From positions 1 through 17,746 of the forward strand of contig JBDLRP010000002.1 in assembly GCA_039799905.1 (NCBI GenBank): a stretch of DNA of 17,746 nucleotides, read 5' to 3'. The translations under genes and the position numbers were made by a program. Positions 1 through 8,010 of the stretch are shown here, in pieces. How positions within the stretch are numbered: position 1 is the first letter of the stretch; every line of letters begins with the position of its first letter. The notes under the pieces were generated by a model. The model had not been told where the DNA came from. It did not search any database and was given only the letters and a program-made list of their open reading frames with translations. This DNA is from Pseudomonadota bacterium. Its GTDB lineage: Bacteria > Bdellovibrionota_B > Oligoflexia > Silvanigrellales > Silvanigrellaceae.

Positions 1-1
1 T

Positions 2-1066
2 ACGCAATTCGGCAGTCTTATTGTCACTTTCGCTGCACTCAACGCCTGCGGGCGGACAGACGTGAATTTGAACTCACCGGCACTCGCAGGAGACACCTCG
101 AGCGCCGCGAAGGAAGATAGCTTCTCATTGAGCAAAAAGTGCTCCCGGCAAGTCGCCCCGTCATTCACCGCGGGCTTTTCGGATCACTGCCTCTCAGTGG
201 GTGGTTTTGATCGTCAATTCCGAGTTTATGTTCCAAGAAAATCCTACAACGTTCCGGCACCGCGGGCAGTTGTATTTGTGTTGCACGGGGGTGGCGGTGA
301 CAATCAAGTGGCAAGCGACGCAACTGAAAGCGCACTCGGAATTTTTGTTCCCATCGCAGACAGGGAAAATTTTATCGTCGTTTATCCGCAGGGCACCGAT
401 GACATCAGCGGAAAAGCTGGCTGGAATGATTGTCGAGCCGATGACACGGTCAAGTCCGGCGCCGATGACGTCGCCTTTTTGAGCGAGGCCATCACTCAGA
501 TGCGCGCTCGGCTCAACTTACCGCAAAAGCGGTTCTTTATGTCAGGAACCTCCAACGGAGCCATGATGACATTTCGCTTTGCAATGGAAAAATCGGCTTT
601 ACTTGGGGGCATCGCCACATCCGCCGGAAATCTTGCTGCAACACCAAAACAAGGCCGCTGCCAACGAGGACCCGAGACGCCAATTCCGGTCCTAATGACG
701 CATGCCACTGACGATCCATTCGTTCCATTTTCAGGAGGCTGTGTTGCACAACTGATTGGAAAGTCGTGCCCGCGCGGGTTTGTCAAAGGCGCAACTGAAA
801 CCGTCCAGTTCTGGCTTCAGGTGAACGGACTCAGCAGATCCCGCCCCAAAGTATCGGTGATCGACATCAACAAGACCGATGGAGGTTCTGCAGTTGAAAA
901 CAAATACGCAGGCCGAGGGGTTCCGGTCACGTCATGGATTCTCAACGGAGCAGGACACCAAACCCCAAGCAAGGCGCTCGACCGAGACAACCGAATTCTC
1001 GGTGTGCAAAACAAAGACATTGAATTTGCAGAGGTTGCTTGGCAGTTCTTCAAAACCCAACTTTGA
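2..1066 (+). CDS. Lipoprotein alpha/beta-hydrolase, LpqC/LpqP / PHB-depolymerase-family esterase (5'-partial)
   Basis: Motifs VLHGGGG (oxyanion region), GTSNGA (GxSxG nucleophile), HATDDP and GAGH (catalytic Asp and His). The frame is open from position 2 (TQFGSLIVTFAALNAC...) and gives a hydrophobic stretch plus lipobox-like LNAC (Cys at 47-49), so the true start is upstream of the window rather than GTG 62. Confidence 0.85.
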   Translation, partial: TQFGSLIVTFAALNACGRTDVNLNSPALAGDTSSAAKEDSFSLSKKCSRQVAPSFTAGFSDHCLSVGGFDRQFRVYVPRKSYNVPAPRAVVFVLHGGGGDNQVASDATESALGIFVPIADRENFIVVYPQGTDDISGKAGWNDCRADDTVKSGADDVAFLSEAITQMRARLNLPQKRFFMSGTSNGAMMTFRFAMEKSALLGGIATSAGNLAATPKQGRCQRGPETPIPVLMTHATDDPFVPFSGGCVAQLIGKSCPRGFVKGATETVQFWLQVNGLSRSRPKVSVIDINKTDGGSAVENKYAGRGVPVTSWILNGAGHQTPSKALDRDNRILGVQNKDIEFAEVAWQFFKTQL

Positions 1067-1161
1067 CGCTGACTCCCGTAATCTTTAAGAAAACCGGCAA
1101 AAGCTAGACCGCGTGAACGGATGCCCGGCTTGATCCGTATCAGTTAAGTGTGATTAACACA

Positions 1162-1200
1162 CGGCGTTGTGCCCCATCGGCATGATGCCGCTTTTTCTTT
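1162..1200 (+). terminator. Intrinsic terminator-like hairpin in the leader of the catabolic operon
   Basis: CGGCGTTGTGCC (1162-1173) pairs with GGCATGATGCCG (1179-1190) over 12 bp, including 3 G-U pairs that only form on the + strand transcript. It has a 5-nt loop and is followed by CTTTTTCTTT. Confidence 0.7.
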
Positions 1201-1226
1201 GTTAAATCTCGAAAGGGATCGTCAGC

Positions 1227-2132
1227 ATGACTCACTCCGATCACGTCACCCTTATCGAGGTTGGTCCGCGCGACGGATTTCAAAGTGAAAGCAAATTTAT
1301 TCCAACAGAAAGCAAACTGCGTTGGATTCGCGCGGCCTTGGCAGCCGGAAGCAAAGAAATTCAAATCACCTCGTTTGTGAACACCAAACTTGTTCCGCAA
1401 ATGTCGGACGCAGATGAAATCTGTGCGGCCATGATCTCTTTCCGCAAAGAGCATCCGCTTTTCGCAAACGTCACTTTCAGTGCGCTCGCCCTCAACAGCA
1501 AAGGCGTCGAGCGCGCCATCGCTGCAGGCATCGACGCCATCGATATTTCAATGTCGGCAAGCGACACACACTCTCAACGCAACACACGCCGCACCCAAGA
1601 CGAAGCCTATCAGGAACTCGTCTCCATGGTTGCGCTCGCGCGCTCCGCCGGGCTCAAGGTGCGTGCGGGATTACAATGCGCGTTTGGCTGCGCTTACGAA
1701 GGAAAAATTGCGCCGGCACAGGTGTTGGGATGGTTCGAAAAAATTGCTGCGCTCGCGCCGGACGTTTTGAGTTTGGCGGACTCCACCGGCACGGGGCATC
1801 CGCATCTGGTAAAAGAAATCGTCGGTGAATGCCAGACAATCGCTGGCGGCAAGCCCATCGTTCTTCACCTGCATGACACCTTCGGCCGCGCGATGGCCAA
1901 CCTTGTCACGGCACTTGATTTGGGAGTGCGACGCTTCGACACGTCGTTTGGCGGTCTGGGCGGGTGTCCGTTTATCGCTGGTGCCAGCGGAAACCTTGCA
2001 AGCGAAGACGTCGCCTCACTTCTTCACGACATGGGCTATTCAACCGGCATCAATGTTCCGGCGGTCATCAACATCCGTCACGAACTTGCGGAATTTCTTG
2101 GAAGAGATCTCCCCGCCAAGGCGCGGGGTTGA
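1227..2132 (+). CDS. HMG-CoA lyase family (DRE-TIM) enzyme; possibly (R)-citramalyl-CoA lyase-like
   Basis: EVGPRDGFQSE, HLHDT, GLGGCPF and GNLASED are hallmark HMG-CoA lyase motifs; 301 aa; SD-like AAGGGA upstream. Confidence 0.92.
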   Translation: MTHSDHVTLIEVGPRDGFQSESKFIPTESKLRWIRAALAAGSKEIQITSFVNTKLVPQMSDADEICAAMISFRKEHPLFANVTFSALALNSKGVERAIAAGIDAIDISMSASDTHSQRNTRRTQDEAYQELVSMVALARSAGLKVRAGLQCAFGCAYEGKIAPAQVLGWFEKIAALAPDVLSLADSTGTGHPHLVKEIVGECQTIAGGKPIVLHLHDTFGRAMANLVTALDLGVRRFDTSFGGLGGCPFIAGASGNLASEDVASLLHDMGYSTGINVPAVINIRHELAEFLGRDLPAKARG

Positions 2133-2138
2133 ACTGCG

Positions 2139-3368
2139 ATGCACGCGCAAACAATTGTCGAAAAAATTCTCTCAGAAAAAATCAAACGTGACGTGCGTGC
2201 AGGCGACCTCATCACTTGCCCTGTGGATCTGTGCACTGCCAGCGACACAACAGCTCCGCTGGCCATCCGTTCTTTTGAACAGATGTTCGCTGACACGACG
2301 CAGGCACGGCTCGCAGATCCGCAAAAAGTTGTACTCGTCATCGACCACGCCGCACCGGCGCCCAACGAGCGCATTGCAAATCTGCATAGCTTGATGCGGC
2401 AATTTGCGCGCATGCATGGATGCAGGATCTACGAGAGCGGTGAAGGAATCATTCATCACATTGTTTATGAGCAGAAATTCGCCCCTGCCGGCTCAGTTGT
2501 TATGGGAGCAGACTCCCACACAACCACCTACGGTGCATGGGGATCATTCGCCGCAGGCATTGGCTCCACGGACGCCGCTGCGGTTTGGAAAACCGGCCAC
2601 ACGTGGCTGAAGGTTCCGCCCACCATCCGTATCGAACTCAACGGCAATCTGCGCGACGGAGTGTTTGCCAAAGACATCATGCTGCACCTGCTCGCGCAAT
2701 TGGGCATGCAGCAGGCAAATTATCACGCGCTCGAATTCGCCGGCGATACCATCGCGCAACTTCCGATGTCTGAACGGATTACTCTTGCAAACATGACCGC
2801 CGAGCTGGGCGGCAAGGTCGGCATCGTTGAATGTGCACAGTCTGTTCAGGCAGATGCGCATGCCGACTACGCAAAAATCGTGCAGGTGGATGTGTCGCAG
2901 CTCGAGTCGCAAATCGCACTTCCAAACAGCCCTGCAAATGGCCGTCCGCTGGCTGAACTCTCCGGCAAGCCCGTCAATTTTGCTTTTCTAGGCACGTGCA
3001 CCAACTCGCGGATTGAAGATCTGCGCATTGCGGCTGCGATTGTTCGCGGGAGAAAAGTTGCCGACGGAGTGCGGTTCTACATTTCACCTGCGTCACGGCA
3101 GACACTGCTGCAAGCCACCCGCGAAGGTGTTTTGGAAACCCTGCTCGATGCAGGCGCCACATTGCTGGCAACAGGCTGTGGCCCGTGTGTCGGCACACAC
3201 ATGGGCGTTCCGGCCGATGGCGATGTTGTGATTTCTTCTGGGAACCGCAACTTCGCAGGCAGGATGGGCAACCGCAACGCGCAGGTCTATCTCGCCTCTC
3301 CCGCCGCAGTAGCGAGCGCCGCACTGAACGGCTGCATCAGCATTCCTTCGCTCGGGAGACAGCCATGA
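2139..3368 (+). CDS. leuC: Aconitase-family [4Fe-4S] hydro-lyase large subunit (short LeuC/HacA/DmdA type)
   Basis: TIVEKIL, IDH, GADSHT, GTCTN, GCGPCVG (three cluster Cys), NRNFAGRMG and YLASP; 409 aa. The symbol denotes the family only; the context argues against leucine biosynthesis. Confidence 0.92.
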   Translation: MHAQTIVEKILSEKIKRDVRAGDLITCPVDLCTASDTTAPLAIRSFEQMFADTTQARLADPQKVVLVIDHAAPAPNERIANLHSLMRQFARMHGCRIYESGEGIIHHIVYEQKFAPAGSVVMGADSHTTTYGAWGSFAAGIGSTDAAAVWKTGHTWLKVPPTIRIELNGNLRDGVFAKDIMLHLLAQLGMQQANYHALEFAGDTIAQLPMSERITLANMTAELGGKVGIVECAQSVQADAHADYAKIVQVDVSQLESQIALPNSPANGRPLAELSGKPVNFAFLGTCTNSRIEDLRIAAAIVRGRKVADGVRFYISPASRQTLLQATREGVLETLLDAGATLLATGCGPCVGTHMGVPADGDVVISSGNRNFAGRMGNRNAQVYLASPAAVASAALNGCISIPSLGRQP

Positions 3369-3856
3369 CAATGCGCGCGCACGTCTATGGAGATTCCGTC
3401 GACACCGACAGAATCATTGCCGGCAAATACACCAAGACACTCGACATGAACGACCTAGCCAAGCACGTGATGGAAGACCTTGATCCTCAATTCACAACTC
3501 GCTTCCGTGCGGGTGATGTGGTTGTTGCAGGAGAACATTTCGGTTGCGGATCGTCACGCGAACAAGCGGCGCTCGCACTCAGAGCAGCTGGCGTCAAAGC
3601 GGTCATCGCCAAATCATTTGCGCGGATCTTTTATCGAAATGCAATCAATGTCGGATTGCTGGTCATAGAGATTCCTCATCACGAAATCCGGCAGGATGAT
3701 GAACTCGATGGCGAATTCGCAAAGGGAATCGTTCACAACCTGACTCAAAACAAAGCCTACACAAGCAATGCTTTGCCGCCGGTCATGCTGGCGATTGTCG
3801 AAGCAGGCGGACTGGTTCCCTTCCTGCGCAATGGAGGTTCCTTTGAACAACTCTGA
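3365..3856 (+). CDS. leuD: Aconitase-family hydro-lyase small subunit (LeuD/HacB/DmdB type)
   Basis: GDSVDTDRII, FGCGSSREQA, SFARIFYRNAINVG and GGL. The ATG at 3365 overlaps the large-subunit stop (ATGA) with SD GGGAG at 3354; 163 aa. Confidence 0.92.
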   Translation: MTMRAHVYGDSVDTDRIIAGKYTKTLDMNDLAKHVMEDLDPQFTTRFRAGDVVVAGEHFGCGSSREQAALALRAAGVKAVIAKSFARIFYRNAINVGLLVIEIPHHEIRQDDELDGEFAKGIVHNLTQNKAYTSNALPPVMLAIVEAGGLVPFLRNGGSFEQL

Positions 3857-5078
3857 AGGCAAGCCGCTCGCGGCCATCCGCGTGCTTGATCTCACCCATG
3901 CGGTGATGGGCCCTTGTGCAAGTCTGATGCTGGCCGACATGGGTGCCGATGTGGTCCACGTCGAACCGCCTGAGGGTGATCCCACGCGCTCGCTCAAGGG
4001 TTTCGGAATGGGTTACTTTCCCTTCTACAACCGCAACAAAAGAAGTCTTGCCGTCGACCTCAAAACAGCCGACGGACTCGCCGTGGTGCACGCACTGGCC
4101 AAACGCTGCGACGTGTTCATCGAGAACTTCGGTCCGAACACCGCCGACAGGCTCGGACTTTCCTATGCAACTTTGCGTGAACTGAATCCGCGCATTATTT
4201 ATTGCTCTCTCAAGGGTTTTCTCTCAGGCCCCTACGAAAACCGCCATGCGATGGACGAAGTTGTTCAGATGATGGGCGGGCTTGCCTACATGACAGGGCC
4301 ACGCAACCAGCCTTTGCGTGCCGGAACTTCGGTGGTCGACATCACCGGCGGAATGTTCGGTGCCATGGGTATTCTTGCCGCTCTCTTCGAGAGAGAGAAA
4401 AGCGGAAAAGGTAAACTCATCCGCTCATCACTGTTCGAAACCACTGCGTTCCTCATGGGACAGCATATGGCCTATTCGGCACAATCGGAGACGCCGATTC
4501 CACCGATGCCCGAGCGGCAGAGTGCTTGGTCTGTTTATCAAATCTTCACCGCAAAAGACGACCTGCCGGTTTTCATCGGCATCATCAGCGACAGGCATTG
4601 GCAGCGTTTCTGTGAAGCCTTTGCGCAAACCCAATGGGCAACCGACAGCAGGCTTGCAACCAACAACGGCCGTATTGCTGAAAAAGACTGGTTTCTGCCG
4701 GCAGTCACGGCTCTGATGGCACAATTTGATCGTGCAGAAATTGCGACCCGCTGCGAGCGTTTCAACATTCCATTTGCTCCGGTGGCCCGTCCGGAAGACC
4801 TCTTCACCGATCCGCAACTCAATCAGTCCGGACGCCTTTTGCCGGTTGAATTCAACGGCAAACAAACAATGCTCCCGGCACTGCCGATTGAATGGGACGG
4901 CCAGATGCCCGAGCTCAGCCGTCATCCGCCGCTCATTGGTCAACACACAAACGAAATACTGAGCGAGCTGGGATTTTCGCACAGCGAAATCGAAAGACTC
5001 CGCACCACAAACTCCGTGGCGTGTGCTTCGGCAGCTCAGCAGACATCCGCAGAAATGCAAGGGAGACAGCCACAATGA
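3843..5078 (+). CDS. CaiB/BaiF (family III) CoA-transferase
   Basis: PLAAIRVLDL, LADMGADV, NRNKRSLAVDLK, ENF, catalytic Asp in AMDEVVQ, and PPLIGQHT. Start set at TTG 3843 (GGAGG at 3833-3837); ATG 3831 is an alternative. Confidence 0.92.
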   Translation: MNNSEGKPLAAIRVLDLTHAVMGPCASLMLADMGADVVHVEPPEGDPTRSLKGFGMGYFPFYNRNKRSLAVDLKTADGLAVVHALAKRCDVFIENFGPNTADRLGLSYATLRELNPRIIYCSLKGFLSGPYENRHAMDEVVQMMGGLAYMTGPRNQPLRAGTSVVDITGGMFGAMGILAALFEREKSGKGKLIRSSLFETTAFLMGQHMAYSAQSETPIPPMPERQSAWSVYQIFTAKDDLPVFIGIISDRHWQRFCEAFAQTQWATDSRLATNNGRIAEKDWFLPAVTALMAQFDRAEIATRCERFNIPFAPVARPEDLFTDPQLNQSGRLLPVEFNGKQTMLPALPIEWDGQMPELSRHPPLIGQHTNEILSELGFSHSEIERLRTTNSVACASAAQQTSAEMQGRQPQ

Positions 5079-6535
5079 CAATCACATTCGATCACATCAT
5101 CAAAGGCGCGACGGTCGTCCGTCCGCACCAGCCTGCTCCCGAGCAACTCGACATCGGCATCAAAGACGGCCGCTTCGCCGCGCTGGCTTCCAACCTCGAT
5201 CCGGCCACTGCAAAGAGTGTTACCGACGCGCGCGGACTGCTCGCATTTCCGGGGCTTGTTGACGCGCACATGCACACAGGAATCTATGCGCCACTCGATA
5301 AAGACGCGCGCAACGAAAGCCGCGCCGCCGCAATGGGTGGCGTCACCAGCAGCCTCAACTATATCCGCACGGGTCAGTACTACCTCAACAAAGGCGGCCC
5401 ATACGAAGATTTCATGCCGGAGGTGCTGTCGCTTTCTGAAGGAAATTATCACGTCGACTACGCTTATCATGTAGCCCCGATGTCGGCCTCGCACATCGGC
5501 GAAATGCCACTGCTGCTCGAGCGTTTTGGAGTTTCTTCGTTCAAAATTTTCATGTTCTATGGGAGTCATGGTCTGCACGGCTGTTCTCACAAGCAGCACG
5601 AATTTCTCATGATCGGGGAAGACGAGCGATACGACATCGCCCACTTTGAAGCCGTTATGCGCGGACTCAAAAGTCTTGCCGACGCGCGCCCCGACAAACG
5701 CAACGCGCTCTCACTCAGCCTGCATTGCGAAACCGCCGAGATCATGACCGCATATACAAAAATGGTCATGCGCGAGGGCAAGCTCTCGGGACTTCCGGCG
5801 TACAGCGCATCGCGTCCGCCCCACTCCGAGGGACTCGCAATTTTCATAGCATCTTATCTCGCCAACGAAACAGACTGCGTGAATATCAACTTGCTGCACC
5901 TGACTTCCCGCAAGGCAGTTGATGCTGCGCTCAAGATGTCGGTGGTGTTTCCCAACATCAACTTCCGCCGCGAGGTGACCATCGGCCATCTGCTGCTCGA
6001 CACCGACGCTCCCAACGGCATTTATGCGAAAGTGAATCCGCCGATTCGCCCGCGTGAAGATGTCGAATATTTGTGGGAAGCCGTGAAGAACGGCCACATC
6101 GACTGGATCTGCTCCGACCACGCCTGCTGTTCGGAAGAGCTTAAAACCGACAAGCAAAACCCGACCGACGTCTTCATGGCGAAAAGCGGATTCGGCGGCA
6201 CGGAATACCTGCTCTGTGGTCTGCTCACAGAAGGACGCAAACGCGGACTTTCACTCAACCGGATGGCAGAGCTCGTGTGCAGCGCTCCGGCAGAACGCTA
6301 CGGACTGGTCAATAAAGGTCACATCGAAGTTGGATTTGATGCCGATGTCGTGCTTGTGGATCCCAACAAAACTTGGGTCATTGATCCCAAAGACTCTCCC
6401 TCTGCGCAGGGCTATTCACCGTTCACGGGAATGGAGCTCACGGCACAAGTTCGACAAACCTTTCTGCGCGGCGGGCTAATATACAAAGACGGCAACGTCA
6501 TTGGCTCACCTCAGGGTCTCTACCTCAAAAGATGA
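5075..6535 (+). CDS. Cyclic amidohydrolase (allantoinase/hydantoinase/dihydroorotase/imidase superfamily)
   Basis: PGLVDAHMH (HxH), FKIFM (carboxy-Lys), HCE, HLT, KVNPPIR, SDHA, and KGHIEVGFDAD. The ATG at 5075 overlaps the upstream stop (ATGA); 486 aa. Confidence 0.9.
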   Translation: MTITFDHIIKGATVVRPHQPAPEQLDIGIKDGRFAALASNLDPATAKSVTDARGLLAFPGLVDAHMHTGIYAPLDKDARNESRAAAMGGVTSSLNYIRTGQYYLNKGGPYEDFMPEVLSLSEGNYHVDYAYHVAPMSASHIGEMPLLLERFGVSSFKIFMFYGSHGLHGCSHKQHEFLMIGEDERYDIAHFEAVMRGLKSLADARPDKRNALSLSLHCETAEIMTAYTKMVMREGKLSGLPAYSASRPPHSEGLAIFIASYLANETDCVNINLLHLTSRKAVDAALKMSVVFPNINFRREVTIGHLLLDTDAPNGIYAKVNPPIRPREDVEYLWEAVKNGHIDWICSDHACCSEELKTDKQNPTDVFMAKSGFGGTEYLLCGLLTEGRKRGLSLNRMAELVCSAPAERYGLVNKGHIEVGFDADVVLVDPNKTWVIDPKDSPSAQGYSPFTGMELTAQVRQTFLRGGLIYKDGNVIGSPQGLYLKR

Positions 6536-6587
6536 GTGGCTGACGGCCAAACAACTGTTGCATACTGAACTATTCTTCTGTATTGGC

Positions 6588-6627
6588 CGAGCAGCCAAGA
6601 CACTTCCTGTCGGCTGTCGTTTTCTTT
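6588..6627 (+). terminator. Probable intrinsic terminator of the catabolic operon
   Basis: CGA(G)CAGCC(AA)GACA-cttcc-TGTC-GGCTG-TCG bulged stem followed by TTTTCTTT, about 50 nt after the amidohydrolase stop. Confidence 0.5.
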
Positions 6628-6644
6628 AACAAGCGGAGATTTCA

Positions 6645-7367
6645 ATGAAATCATTATTCACCCTCAGGACAATGGTCACTCTGGGGGTCTCCGCGACCTC
6701 AATCCTCGCAGCTCAAATTGCCCACGCCAACGAAGCCATTTGGCGCACCGAACTTTTGCAGGCCCAAGGTGTCGGTTGCCGATTTGGCACCTCGAGCGAC
6801 CCAAACCAAGATGCTTTCGTGATCACAAGCGGGGACATGGTCTCATTTGTTTTCACTAAGCTGGGCGATACCTACCGCGACGGAAAGAATTCGAATGTAA
6901 GCATAAGCCCATGCCGGATTATTCTTCCACTTGAAGTCAACGCTGGGCAGCGCATCGAAGAAATCGGCCAAACGCTGACCTACGGGATCGTGAAGTCGAA
7001 GGGCATTCAGGCACGCCTCGATTTCATCAGCAACTTTGCCCGCCGGCAGAACAACGGACGCAGTGTGCCTGCCGATCTCAATCAAAACATGGCATCAGCC
7101 AGTGCTGTTTTTCCGGCAAACCAGATCTTCAATGAACCTTTGTCCATATTGCCGCAACCTGTTGCGCGCGTGCCAGAAGACGAACGACAGGGCTCGCCGC
7201 ACAAACGTTTTTGCAACCGCGAACGTTCGCGCATGTTCAATTATCACTCCGACATTTTCGTCCGGCTCAACAAAATCCGCGAAGGAGCAACCATTTCATT
7301 TGCGGTAGACGGACTCGATCTCAAATACGAAATGAATCTCAGGATCCGCAAGTGCCGCCGGCTGTAA
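6645..7367 (+). CDS. Secreted hypothetical protein, DUF4360-like
   Basis: Signal peptide ending AHA and SD GCGGAG. The pattern GVGC...F...CRIILPLEVNAG...VDGLD...C resembles my recollection of DUF4360; four Cys. The family call is tentative. Confidence 0.65.
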   Translation: MKSLFTLRTMVTLGVSATSILAAQIAHANEAIWRTELLQAQGVGCRFGTSSDPNQDAFVITSGDMVSFVFTKLGDTYRDGKNSNVSISPCRIILPLEVNAGQRIEEIGQTLTYGIVKSKGIQARLDFISNFARRQNNGRSVPADLNQNMASASAVFPANQIFNEPLSILPQPVARVPEDERQGSPHKRFCNRERSRMFNYHSDIFVRLNKIREGATISFAVDGLDLKYEMNLRIRKCRRL

Positions 7368-7882
7368 TTCCACCCACCGGTTCTCAATTTTCATTCATCA
7401 AAATGCACAGCCCCGTTGGCCCATTGTACTTGCTCGCCTCCTCGGAGCATCTCAGGTGCATTGCCTTTGAATCCAACTGGAAAACTCTCCTCGACCGATT
7501 TCGACTCACGCAGGAGGACCTCCTTTTTTCAGAAAGTCCGATTTTATCGGCAACAAAGCAGCAACTTGAAGAGTACTTTTTTGCAGGACGAAGACATTTT
7601 TCTCTTCCGATGGAGGCCATCGGCACATCATTTCAATTGGCAGCATGGAACGCGCTGCTGCAGATTCCATACGGCTCAACAATCTCTTATTCAGCGCAGG
7701 CAACGTTGGCAGGTCATCCGTCCGCTTGCCGCGCAGTGGGCAACGCCAACCGCCTAAACCCGCTTTGCATCGTCATTCCCTGCCACCGTGTGATCGGCCA
7801 CAACGGTCAACTCTCGGGATACGCAGGTGGCCCAAACGCCAAAAAAACACTGCTGAAAATCGAAAATCCTGACTTTTCTTGA
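7352..7882 (+). CDS. ogt: Methylated-DNA--protein-cysteine S-methyltransferase
   Basis: SPVGPL, QLEEYF, GTSFQLAAW, IPYG, RAVGNAN, active-site PCHRV and GYAGG. Start uncertain: GTG 7352 (AGGA upstream) or ATG 7403. Confidence 0.93.
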   Translation: MPPAVIPPTGSQFSFIKMHSPVGPLYLLASSEHLRCIAFESNWKTLLDRFRLTQEDLLFSESPILSATKQQLEEYFFAGRRHFSLPMEAIGTSFQLAAWNALLQIPYGSTISYSAQATLAGHPSACRAVGNANRLNPLCIVIPCHRVIGHNGQLSGYAGGPNAKKTLLKIENPDFS

Positions 7883-7921
7883 ACAGCAGTAAGGCCGGGC
7901 AGTTTTATAATTCTTTCAAAA

Positions 7922-7943
7922 TTGTAACCGCTCCGTCACAGAC
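7922..7943 (+). promoter_or_regulatory. Pho-box-like 11-bp direct repeat
   Basis: TTGTAACCGCT CCGTCACAGAC: GTAAC (7924) and GTCAC (7935) are exactly 11 bp apart, about 70 nt before the CYTH-like gene. Confidence 0.45.
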
Positions 7944-8010
7944 GCAACATTCCTTTTTCCTCGTCCGAGGTTAACCTTCCCTAAACGGCCAGAACAGACG
8001 GAGAGGCGAA

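Noticed and set aside
1085..1200. Known riboswitch (guanidine-I/III, c-di-GMP-I, purine) or leader peptide GTG1113-TGA1133
   Set aside because: Only short fragments such as ACACGGCG and GGCAAA resemble the consensus sequences. The 6-codon ORF lacks an SD and has no regulatory codon run.
1227..2132. Standard leucine-degradation liuE/hmgL locus
   Set aside because: No acyl-CoA dehydrogenase, methylcrotonyl-CoA carboxylase or enoyl-CoA hydratase is nearby, so the gene symbol is withheld.
2139..3856. Leucine biosynthesis operon
   Set aside because: There is no leuB. The upstream DRE-TIM enzyme has HMG-CoA lyase motifs (GLGGCPF) rather than LeuA motifs, and the flanking genes are catabolic.
5075..6535. 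pyrC or allB assignment
   Set aside because: DAHMHTG lacks the HxHxR substrate Arg of dihydroorotases, and no pyrimidine or purine pathway genes are adjacent.
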